This document shows positions 46,651 through 55,052 of a stretch of 64,000 nucleotides of DNA, piece by piece. The DNA comes from Pirellulaceae bacterium. Its GTDB lineage: Bacteria > Planctomycetota > Planctomycetia > Pirellulales > Pirellulaceae. The position numbers were made by a program, and so were the translations under genes. The notes beneath the pieces are model-generated. The model did no database searches, was not told the origin of the DNA, and saw only the letters and a list, made by a program, of their open reading frames with translations. Each line of letters starts with the position of its first letter. Within the stretch, counting starts at the first letter, position 1. Location: positions 20,989-84,988 of the forward strand of contig JADYZV010000052.1 in the NCBI GenBank assembly GCA_020852965.1, given 5' to 3'.

Positions 46651-47390
46651 GACTCGGGGAGCGTTGGTCGAGAGAAGGCGGGCATGAGTAATACTGCATT
46701 TTCAGGGGCGGGGCAGACGTAGCGACAAACGCCGCAACCGGTGCATATTTCTTCGCGAACCGTAGGTTTGCCCAGAGTGACTTCGATGGCTCCTTCGACA
46801 GGGCAACGCTCGCTGCAGACGGTGCAAGTCGTGCCGTGATGGGCCAAGCACAAGTGCTGAGTGATATGGGCAGTTCCCATGACGATGGGGATCGAGTGGC
46901 TGAGCACACCTGGCTCGCAGGCGGCGATACAGGGGAAGTCGCTGCACATCAGACAAGCGGCGTTATCCGCTTCAATGATCGGAGTGCCAGCCACGGCACC
47001 GAGTCGCTCAGGTGCCAAGCGGATCGCATCGTAGGGACAGGCAGTGATGCAGTCTCCGCAGCGAGTGCATCCAGCCAGGAACTGCCGCTCTTCGATGGCT
47101 CCCGGCGGACGAAACACGGGAATCGTACGGGGTGTAGCTCGACCGGACAGTCTGGTTGGAGCGACCGGATCGATTGCGATACCACCGATCGTTCTGGGAT
47201 GCGTCTTGGGAGCTTCACTATTTTGATGGTTGTTGTCCGCTTCGCTGAGTTGGCCTGAACCGTTCGGTAGGCTCAAATCGCCAGGGCGGGGATAGCGCAT
47301 GACCAGCGGCTTGTGTTTGGCTGGCGCGAGTAGCTTCCAGAGCTTGCCCTGCAGCAGATCGCGACGACTGATCTTCCGCCGAGGCGTCAC
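46647..47390 (-). CDS. napG: Polyferredoxin, NapG/NapF (MauM) family
   Basis: RPPGA..CTRCGDCITAC, CLMCSDFPCIAAC, CLAHHGTTCTVCSERC and CTGCGVCRYVC; NapF-like N-terminus. Confidence 0.75.
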   Translation of the reverse strand: MTPRRKISRRDLLQGKLWKLLAPAKHKPLVMRYPRPGDLSLPNGSGQLSEADNNHQNSEAPKTHPRTIGGIAIDPVAPTRLSGRATPRTIPVFRPPGAIEERQFLAGCTRCGDCITACPYDAIRLAPERLGAVAGTPIIEADNAACLMCSDFPCIAACEPGVLSHSIPIVMGTAHITQHLCLAHHGTTCTVCSERCPVEGAIEVTLGKPTVREEICTGCGVCRYVCPAPENAVLLMPAFSRPTLPES

Positions 47391-48238
47391 TGGCTAGCGA
47401 CCTCGAGCGGTGGGAGCATCGGCACAGCGCCGTCAACTGGGATGGCTTGATCGAGCTTGGCCGAAGGGGCGTGGCACTGTGTGCAGTTGGACCGCCAGGG
47501 GTGTGTCGACTCCATGCCTGCCCAGCCGTTGGGGCCGCCATGACAAGCGGTGCATTTTTCGCGCATCCATTGTGAGTGCGGGATCGTTGGTGGCGCTCCA
47601 GGAAAGGCTCGTTCGCCGGATTTAGGTGCTGGTAGGCCAACAAACGATGTTGCGACGCGCGCATCGACGTCCTGGAATGGGGCCGGCGGCGGCGATGCGT
47701 GGCACTGCGTGCAATTTGCCAGAAACTCGTGCGACATGACGCTGGCCTTCATGCCACCGAGTTGTGTACCTCCGGAATGGCACGCGTAGCAGGCGGCATC
47801 ATTCGTGTTTTGAATATCGTGTGGGATGACTGGTGGTGCTCCGTTGAACGCGCGGCGCGCAGCACGCAGCGCGCTGGAGGCTTCCTTGTCCGCTGCGCTC
47901 AGTTGGATCTCGGCGAACAGATCGTAGGGGCTGCTTGGCAATTCGACTAAGGTTGCTTGTAGGGCGGCCGTGGGGCCCATGGCGACTTGCGCAATCTCCG
48001 CGTAGCGAATGGCGGGAATGACTTTGTCGATAGCGGGGACGACCAGTGTTTGCGAATCTTCGCCTGATAGAGCATCTCGAACAACGGCGCGATGATGATG
48101 TCCGATTTCATCGAGAAGTCCGTGGCTGTGAAGCCCCTTGGGGGCGGGCACGCCATCGGCTAGTCCGACGAAGTAGCCGATCACAGCGACCGCGATAACC
48201 GCAGCGAGGAAGATAGTGGTGAGACGTCTCCAGATCAT
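47387..48238 (-). CDS. napB: NapB-like cytochrome c with duplicated diheme module (4 CxxCH)
   Basis: Two AF.GAPP.IPH modules; CYACH, CTQCH, CTACH, CTQCH. Confidence 0.85.
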   Translation of the reverse strand: MIWRRLTTIFLAAVIAVAVIGYFVGLADGVPAPKGLHSHGLLDEIGHHHRAVVRDALSGEDSQTLVVPAIDKVIPAIRYAEIAQVAMGPTAALQATLVELPSSPYDLFAEIQLSAADKEASSALRAARRAFNGAPPVIPHDIQNTNDAACYACHSGGTQLGGMKASVMSHEFLANCTQCHASPPPAPFQDVDARVATSFVGLPAPKSGERAFPGAPPTIPHSQWMREKCTACHGGPNGWAGMESTHPWRSNCTQCHAPSAKLDQAIPVDGAVPMLPPLEVASQ

Positions 48239-50652
48239 GACTGTACCTCAGACAATTTCCGCACGCGCACCGCACACTTCTTATAGTCGGGCTGTTTGGA
48301 AAAGGGATCGTGAGCTTCGAGCGTGCAATGGTTGATCAATTTGGTTTCGTCAAAGAACGGCACGAATACCGTTCCGCGCGGCGGTCGCCCACGGCCATCG
48401 ATCCACACGGGCAGCTCCGCTGTACCACGTCGTGATTCGATAATGATTTTTTCCCCTTGGCGAATATTGGCGGCTTGCGCATCGTCGCGATTCATTTCGA
48501 CATAGGCAGTCGGCATGGCGCGATTCAGCGGAGCGACGCGCCGAGTCATCGTGCCGGTGTGCCAGTGTTCGAGCACGCGTCCCGTGCATAACCAAAACGG
48601 ATACTGCTCGTCGGGCATCTCGGGTGGAGGCGCGTATTCGTGAAACCAAATCTGTGCTCGCCCATCGTTGGAAGACGAGTGATAAAAGTCGAATTCTTGC
48701 CCTTCGGCCACAAAGGGGTCGTCAAAAGCGGCGAAACGGAAGCGGGTCTCTCGCCACGAACCGTCAGGCTGTTCGACTACTGGCCAACGCAAACCCCGAG
48801 CTTTTACATATTCGTCGTACGGTGCTAGGTTCTTGTGCTTCATGGTGGTGAAGCGGCGATACTCTTCGAAGAGATGCTTGTCAACGTTCACATCGTAGTA
48901 ATGTTCGAACTCCCAAATGGGTACATCCTTGCCCGCCTCGTCTTTCACCGCAAAAATGAACTCGCCATCCTTGTCCTGCATCCCCTCGTGACCGAGTTCG
49001 AATAGCTTGTGCGCGATGGCGATAGTCATCCAACAATCGTCTCGCGCCTGGCCGGGGGGATCGACCATCTTGAACCATTGTTGAGTGCGGCGTTCGCTAT
49101 TGCCAAACATTCCGTTTTTCTCTACCCACAAGGCGGCAGGCAAAATCAAATCGGCCAGTCGCGTCGTGGCGGTTGGGTAGACTTCCGAGACGATCAGAAA
49201 CTTGTCTTCAAGCCCCTGCTTGTCGTTGAACAGGGCATTGAGGTTCGGCAGCGTTTGGCCTGGGTTGGTGACCTGCACGAACAGCGTGTCGATGTCACCT
49301 CCGTCGGCGGACGCTTTGGTGAACTGCTCGAACATCTTTACTGTGTGATAACCTGGGACCGCGTTGATGCTGTCGGATTTCAAATTCCACAGCTCTTCGC
49401 TCTGCTGACGGTGCTCTGGATTGGCCACCAGGCGTCCGCCAGGAAGTGCGTGCGCCAGTGTGCCCACTTCGCGCACGGTGCCACAGGCCGATGGTTGGCC
49501 CGTGAGACTGGTCGGTGCGTTGCCGGGGCGACCAAAGTGACCGCTGAGCAAGTGGACCCCATGCACGAGCGAATTGATCGCAGTTCCCATCGTGTGTTGA
49601 TTCATCCCCATGCACCACAGCGAGGTGATGCGGATGTTGCGATTGGCGAACAAGTCGGCCAGCATGCGAATCTTGTCGGCGGGCACACCGGAAAGCTCCT
49701 CGACGCGCTCCGGCGTGTAGGCCGCGATGCGTTTGCGAAATTCCTCTTCGCTGATCTGCTCGCCATGCAAAGTCGGCGTGTCGGCCTCTGCCCCGCGAAA
49801 ATTACAGTGCTTTTCGACGAATGCTTTATCGTAGTTTTCACTGGCGATCAACAGATGCATGATACCCAGCGAGATAGCCACATCGCCGTGTGGTTTCATT
49901 TCCAAGTACTCGGTGGCTGCGTCGGATGTACGCGTGCGCCGCGTGCTGATGTCAATTAACGTGACCTTGTCGCCGCGAGAACGCCGATCGATGAAACGTG
50001 AAAACAGAATCGGGTGCATTTCGGCTGGGTTGTTTCCCCAGGTGATGAGCACGTCGCATTCGTCGAGGTCTTGATAACAGCCGGCCGGTTCGTCGACTCC
50101 GTAGGTGGCCAAGAAGCCCGTCACGGCCGAAGCCATGCACAGTCGCGCGTTGGGATCGATGTGGTTGTTCCCCAACCCGCCCTTCATGAACTTTTGAGCT
50201 GCATAGCCTTCGGGAATCGTCCATTGACCGCTGCCGTAGAAAGCAAATCGCTCGGGGGCATGCATGATCCGCTGGGCGATCAAGGTGATCGCTTCGTCCC
50301 ATTCGATGGGAACCAACTCGCCGTCCTTTCGCAGCAGCGGTTGCGTGAGTCGGTCTTTTCCGTAGAGGATGCTACCGACGTGATAGCCTTTGACACACAA
50401 CAAACCTTTGTTGACATCGGCAGCTTTGTCTCCCGCGACGGCTACCACACGACCGTCTTCCACGCCAACCTGGACATGGCAACCGGTTCCGCAAAATCGA
50501 CAGGGAGCTTTATTCCACGTTACGTTGTCGCCTGTCGGCAGGCTATCAGCAGCGGCTATGACCGGCAGCGATCGGCTCGCACCGCTAACCACCATTGAAC
50601 CAGCGGCAGCCATAGCGGCCGATTTGAGAAAATTCCGGCGTTGGGTTTCCAT
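48235..50652 (-). CDS. napA: Periplasmic nitrate reductase catalytic subunit
   Basis: Tat signal RRNFLK, PCRFCGTGC..CVKG [4Fe-4S] motif, GSGQWT, NARLCMASA (Mo-Cys), MGMNQH, TGQPSACG and TGRVLEHWHTG. Confidence 0.95.
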   Translation of the reverse strand: METQRRNFLKSAAMAAAGSMVVSGASRSLPVIAAADSLPTGDNVTWNKAPCRFCGTGCHVQVGVEDGRVVAVAGDKAADVNKGLLCVKGYHVGSILYGKDRLTQPLLRKDGELVPIEWDEAITLIAQRIMHAPERFAFYGSGQWTIPEGYAAQKFMKGGLGNNHIDPNARLCMASAVTGFLATYGVDEPAGCYQDLDECDVLITWGNNPAEMHPILFSRFIDRRSRGDKVTLIDISTRRTRTSDAATEYLEMKPHGDVAISLGIMHLLIASENYDKAFVEKHCNFRGAEADTPTLHGEQISEEEFRKRIAAYTPERVEELSGVPADKIRMLADLFANRNIRITSLWCMGMNQHTMGTAINSLVHGVHLLSGHFGRPGNAPTSLTGQPSACGTVREVGTLAHALPGGRLVANPEHRQQSEELWNLKSDSINAVPGYHTVKMFEQFTKASADGGDIDTLFVQVTNPGQTLPNLNALFNDKQGLEDKFLIVSEVYPTATTRLADLILPAALWVEKNGMFGNSERRTQQWFKMVDPPGQARDDCWMTIAIAHKLFELGHEGMQDKDGEFIFAVKDEAGKDVPIWEFEHYYDVNVDKHLFEEYRRFTTMKHKNLAPYDEYVKARGLRWPVVEQPDGSWRETRFRFAAFDDPFVAEGQEFDFYHSSSNDGRAQIWFHEYAPPPEMPDEQYPFWLCTGRVLEHWHTGTMTRRVAPLNRAMPTAYVEMNRDDAQAANIRQGEKIIIESRRGTAELPVWIDGRGRPPRGTVFVPFFDETKLINHCTLEAHDPFSKQPDYKKCAVRVRKLSEVQS

Positions 50653-50782
50653 GTTCGCTTCGTTCACGAGTAATTAATGGTGTTGTTGGTTTCTAAACTG
50701 AATACTGGCCTGCGGCCCGGGCGTTGATCATATTCTATGAAATGGCAGCCGTTCAAGCGATATTATTCGGTCGCTCCGCCGA

Positions 50783-51034
50783 TCATTGCTCTTCGCTAGT
50801 GGCTTCGTCGAAGCCGACAAAGGCAATGCGGATGTCAAGCACACCTGGCAATTCTTGGACCCATTGCCAAATCTCTTGATCGTGTTGATTGGAAGTCGAA
50901 TCGACGACGATCGCAATATGGTTATCGGTAATTTCCCCAACGTCGATCGCCGCGTGGCCTCGCAGCGCTTGAAGTGTTCCCAGAAATGGCCCGTTAGGGG
51001 CGTCCAAAACAACGACAAGGCCACTGATCGGCAC
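50783..51034 (-). CDS. napD: NapD chaperone
   Basis: (M)PISGLVV...IVVDS...IQELPGV pattern; lies directly upstream of napA. GTG start inferred. Confidence 0.85.
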   Translation of the reverse strand: MPISGLVVVLDAPNGPFLGTLQALRGHAAIDVGEITDNHIAIVVDSTSNQHDQEIWQWVQELPGVLDIRIAFVGFDEATSEEQ

Positions 51035-51128
51035 TGCGCTTGCTCTCACAAACAGGGGTAGCAAATTAACTGTACTGTAGTCTATAGTTTATTACTCACT
51101 TGATAAACCTCATTTCAGGAAACTACGC

Positions 51129-51797
51129 GTGGTTCGACTCGCAAATCTTCTTTTCGCCGGAGTGGTTTGCGCAGTCATTTCGATGGTAATCGTGACTGTG
51201 ACGACTTCGGACAGGCGCGCTCCGTCGCACAGCGAGCGCGCTCATCCGCACAGTGGGCTAGCGAGCGCGACGACAGGAGTCTTGGCGAACCCCGCTACAT
51301 TTCCAATTGTGATTCGCAAGCCTGCAGGGCCGCCGCAAATCAAATTGGCAGGGACTGATCCGCAGGGGCGTTCTGCCAGCGTCGCCTGTGCTACCTGCCA
51401 CAGCGTTCGCCCTCCCAATTTCGACAACCAAACGGCTCAGTCGCTCGACGAATTCCACCAGGGTTTGCAGTTCAACCATGGCCAGCTCTCCTGTTATTCG
51501 TGCCACAATCCAGAGAATGCGGATGAATTGCGTTTGGCCGATGGAACAGCCGTCGAGTATGCCGACGTCATGACGCTGTGCACTCAGTGCCATTCGAAGC
51601 AAGCCGAATCGTTTGCACACGGAGCCCACGGTGGCATGAACGGTTTTTGGGATTTGTCGCGCGGCCCCCAAACCAAAAACAATTGCATCGACTGCCACGA
51701 TCCGCACGCACCGAACTATCCCAAAATGATTGTCGATTTCAAGCCTCGCGATCGTTTCCTGGATCTCCAAAGGGCCGAGCATGACAACCATAAATGA
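51129..51797 (+). CDS. Membrane-anchored or exported tetraheme cytochrome c
   Basis: N-terminal hydrophobic helix; CATCH, CYSCH, CTQCH, CIDCH. Confidence 0.9.
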   Translation: MVRLANLLFAGVVCAVISMVIVTVTTSDRRAPSHSERAHPHSGLASATTGVLANPATFPIVIRKPAGPPQIKLAGTDPQGRSASVACATCHSVRPPNFDNQTAQSLDEFHQGLQFNHGQLSCYSCHNPENADELRLADGTAVEYADVMTLCTQCHSKQAESFAHGAHGGMNGFWDLSRGPQTKNNCIDCHDPHAPNYPKMIVDFKPRDRFLDLQRAEHDNHK

Positions 51798-52731
51798 ACG
51801 GCCCGAAGCGGGCAATCGTGAGCTGCCGATCGTCGAGAACTTCTCGCGTCGCGCGGCGGTCAAAGGTGGATTTGCAACCCTGGGAGCGGCCGCCTTCGTC
51901 GCCGCTATATCACCACTGCGTCACGCTGCGCAAAATACGTCGGCAGCCGAGTTCTTGCAGAAGCACTACACCGAGCTCAGCGACGAGCAAAAAGCTGATG
52001 TGATTGCTCGCTTGGAAGCGGAAACCAAAAAGAACTACGGTGCCGAGGTGACCATCGGCGACGACCGCCCCATTCCCGGTACGAAGTTTGTCTACGCCAT
52101 CAATTTGAGTGTGTGCAACGGCAATGGTAAATGCGTCGAAGCCTGTCACAAAGAAAACAATCACGACCGAGCAACCCACCAGTCCTACATTCGCATTGTT
52201 GAAATGCCCAAGGGGACGCTCGATATGGAACAGGGCTCGACCACCTACACCGGTGTGGTCCCCAAAGATGACAAGTTCTATCTGCCGGTCCAGTGCCAGC
52301 AGTGCGATGAACCGCCTTGCGTCGACGTCTGCCCAGTGAAGGCGACATGGAAGGAGGAGGACGGCATCGTGGTGGTCGACTACAACTGGTGTATCGGTTG
52401 TCGCTACTGCGAAGCGGCTTGCCCCTATCACGCGCGACGATTCAATTGGAAAAAACCCGAAGTGCCTGCCGACCAGGTCAACCCTGATCAGAGTTATCTC
52501 AGCAACCGCATTCGCCCGGTTGGAGTGGTCGAGAAGTGTACCTACTGCTTACATCGCACGCGGCGCGGCCGCTTACCAGCTTGCTTAGAAGCCTGCCCAA
52601 CTGGGGCGCGCGTGTTTGGAAACATTCTCGACGAAGATTCCAATATTCGCTGGATCCTCGATAACAAGCGCGTCTATATTCTCAAGGAAGAACTCGGTAC
52701 CAAGCCGGCGTTCTTCTATTACTTCGATTAG
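51781..52731 (+). CDS. NrfC/DsrO-type 4Fe-4S protein with Tat signal
   Basis: SRRAAVKGG + hydrophobic stretch; CNGNGKCVEAC, CQQCDEPPCVDVCP, CIGCRYCEAACP and KCTYC..PACLEACP. Confidence 0.9.
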   Translation: MTTINERPEAGNRELPIVENFSRRAAVKGGFATLGAAAFVAAISPLRHAAQNTSAAEFLQKHYTELSDEQKADVIARLEAETKKNYGAEVTIGDDRPIPGTKFVYAINLSVCNGNGKCVEACHKENNHDRATHQSYIRIVEMPKGTLDMEQGSTTYTGVVPKDDKFYLPVQCQQCDEPPCVDVCPVKATWKEEDGIVVVDYNWCIGCRYCEAACPYHARRFNWKKPEVPADQVNPDQSYLSNRIRPVGVVEKCTYCLHRTRRGRLPACLEACPTGARVFGNILDEDSNIRWILDNKRVYILKEELGTKPAFFYYFD

Positions 52732-52758
52732 TGCTTCATTCCCACATTTGGTTTGGAG

Positions 52759-52786
52759 GTAGTGGACTCGCAACCTCGTCCACTAC
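52759..52786. repeat. Collapsed GTAG REP doublet
   Basis: GTAGTGGACTCGCAACCTCGTCCACTAC equals the left and right arms fused at GGAC. Confidence 0.8.
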
Positions 52787-52833
52787 CCCTGAAATTAAAG
52801 TTGGATGAAGCAGTAGTCGCCTCAGGAAAACGA

Positions 52834-54096
52834 ATGAGTAGCATCAGCACACCTCCGACCACCGACAGCACATCGCACATCACCTCTTATCCCAGGTTCA
52901 TCGGGCGATCGCTGTGGCTTGCGACCGAAGGCTCGTTCGGCTTCTACGCGTGGATGACCATGTTAACCGCGCTGTTTTTAGTCGGTGCCAATGCTTGGGC
53001 TCACCAAGTTGCTGGTGGCATGATCAGTACCCACATGACCGATCACGTCAGTTGGGGACTGTACATCGCCAATTTCACTTTTATGGTCGGACTGGCTGCC
53101 GGTGGTGTGATGATGGTCATCCCAGCCTATCTGTATCACGACCGCAAGATGCACGACGTAGTGATCATTGGTGAGCTGCTAGCGGTCTCCGCGATCGTGA
53201 TGTGCCTGATGTTCGTCGTGGCCGACCTGGGCCGTCCCGATCGCTTCTGGCACTTGATTCCCGGTTTGGGGAAATTTAATTTTCCGATCTCGATGCTGAC
53301 TTGGGACGTGATCGTCCTGAACGGCTATCTGGTATTGAACCTGCACATCTGTGGCTATCTGCTGTATATGCGCTTTCTTGGCCGGCAGCCAAATCCAGTG
53401 TGGTACGTGCCGTTCGTGATGTTGTCGATCGTGTGGGCCATCTCGATTCACACGGTCACCGCATTCTTATATTGCGGCCTTGGTGGTCGACCCTTTTGGA
53501 ACACCGCTTTGCTGGCTCCTCGGTTTCTCGCCTCAGCCTTTGTGTCTGGGCCATCGTTCATCATTGTCACGATGGTGTTGATGAAGAAGCTGACGAGCGT
53601 GCAAGGGCTCGAACAGCCGATCGCCACGCTGACCAAAATCATTCGCGTCACCATCCTGATCAACTTGCTGATGGTAGCCTCCGAGTTGTTTACGGAGTTC
53701 TACACCGGCGGAACACACGTCAGTTCGGCCAAGTACTTGTTCTTCGGGCTGCACGGCAAGACAGCCTTGGTACCCTGGACGTGGACCGCAATCGGTTTAA
53801 ATATCACGGCTGCCTGTTTGTTCCTCTGGCCGGGGCTGCTATCCCCCAAGTTCCGCCTGCTGCTCGTGGCGGCCTGCTTGATGGCCTTTGTCGGAACCTG
53901 GATCGAAAAGGGAATGGGGCTGATCATTCCTGGCTTTATCCCCAGCACGCTGCACGAGGTCGTCGAGTATGTCCCGAGTATGCTGGAATGGAAGGTTTCT
54001 GTCGGTGTGTGGGCCTTTGGGTTGATGGTCTTTACCATCGCCATCAAAGCAGCCCTACCTACGCTCCGTCAGCCGGCACAGAGCACCGATACCTAG
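52834..54096 (+). CDS. NrfD/DsrP/PsrC-family quinol-interacting membrane subunit
   Basis: ~10 TM helices; VSWGLYIANFTF.VGLAAG, DLGRPDRFW, SMLTWD and IHTVTAFL. Confidence 0.9.
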   Translation: MSSISTPPTTDSTSHITSYPRFIGRSLWLATEGSFGFYAWMTMLTALFLVGANAWAHQVAGGMISTHMTDHVSWGLYIANFTFMVGLAAGGVMMVIPAYLYHDRKMHDVVIIGELLAVSAIVMCLMFVVADLGRPDRFWHLIPGLGKFNFPISMLTWDVIVLNGYLVLNLHICGYLLYMRFLGRQPNPVWYVPFVMLSIVWAISIHTVTAFLYCGLGGRPFWNTALLAPRFLASAFVSGPSFIIVTMVLMKKLTSVQGLEQPIATLTKIIRVTILINLLMVASELFTEFYTGGTHVSSAKYLFFGLHGKTALVPWTWTAIGLNITAACLFLWPGLLSPKFRLLLVAACLMAFVGTWIEKGMGLIIPGFIPSTLHEVVEYVPSMLEWKVSVGVWAFGLMVFTIAIKAALPTLRQPAQSTDT

Positions 54097-54224
54097 CGTT
54101 GGTTCAGTTGACTAGTCAATTGTACTTCGCCAGCATCTCGGATCGTGGAGTAAAGATGCGCAGTACACTATTCCCTTGCTTTGGTCTGCCGTAACTGCGC
54201 ATTACTTGTTACGATTTGCGACAT

Positions 54225-54824
54225 CTACTCCGATACATCCGGTTCTTGCTCCGGCTCAAAGCTGACCTTGGCGTAGATTTGCTCCAACTGCAATTGGCAA
54301 TCGATCGATTCGAGAACGATTGGTTGAGTCGGTTCGTGGTAGACAATATATAGCCATTGCTCGTTAGCGGTCCGTCGGTAGATCTCGACGAGGGGACTCA
54401 CTTGCGAGGCGAGCACGTATTCGCGCAACGATGGCAGCGACTGATAGTGCCGCCATTTGGTTCCGCGATCGTAGCCTTCCGTGGTATTCGATAGTACTTC
54501 GACCAGCACGCGAGGATTGAGCAGCGTATCGAGTTCGGCATCCTCGAACTTGGGTTGTTCGCAAGCGACGACCACATCGGGGTAGACGTACAAGCCAGTC
54601 TCGCTGACCTTCACACGCATATCACCTTGGTAGACTTCGCAATCGCGATTGTCGAGTTGTCCATGAAGCTTGGCAAAGACGTTCCCCGCAATCAAGTTAT
54701 GTGACCTAGTGGCACCGGCCATGGCAAATGTCTCCCCGCGAAAGAACTCGCTTCGATACTCGGCCTTGCGCTCTTGCACCAAGTATTGTTCAGGAGTCAT
54801 GCGTGTTTTCGCAACAGAAGACAT
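54225..54824 (-). CDS. Uma2 (DUF820) family endonuclease-fold protein
   Basis: MTPEQYL..E...SE, MAG....HNLI, YPDVVV, VEVLSNTT..YDRG.K...Y and EYVL. Confidence 0.92.
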   Translation of the reverse strand: MSSVAKTRMTPEQYLVQERKAEYRSEFFRGETFAMAGATRSHNLIAGNVFAKLHGQLDNRDCEVYQGDMRVKVSETGLYVYPDVVVACEQPKFEDAELDTLLNPRVLVEVLSNTTEGYDRGTKWRHYQSLPSLREYVLASQVSPLVEIYRRTANEQWLYIVYHEPTQPIVLESIDCQLQLEQIYAKVSFEPEQEPDVSE

Positions 54825-54911
54825 AGCCGCCTCCGAAGGTATAGACATGAGTGCGTCGTCAAAATGAAGAACGAGGGACGCACTGGTGCTGTGTCCACAT
54901 TTAATTTGAGG

Positions 54912-54978
54912 GTAGTGGACGAGGTTACGAGTCCGAGTGATTCGTTAACCGCTTGGGGCACGTAACCTCGTCCACTAC
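54912..54978. repeat. GTAG-type REP doublet
   Basis: Same family as 4251-4332. Confidence 0.85.
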
Positions 54979-55052
54979 AACCAACCCCAAAATTTAATGT
55001 GGTTGAAGCACCATATCAGTATACCGCTCAATCTATCCAGACGAAAGCTTGC

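Noticed and set aside
52753-52833. N-terminal extension of the NrfD-like ORF; likewise the long upstream extensions of ORFs at 25432, 28191, 29341, 41678 and 34658
   Set aside because: The extensions run through REP or intergenic sequence or overlap other genes; downstream starts fit the family N-termini.
54225-54824. Uma2 protein as a restriction or defence system
   Set aside because: It is a stand-alone member of a family often expanded in planctomycetes and cyanobacteria, with no methylase or partner nearby.
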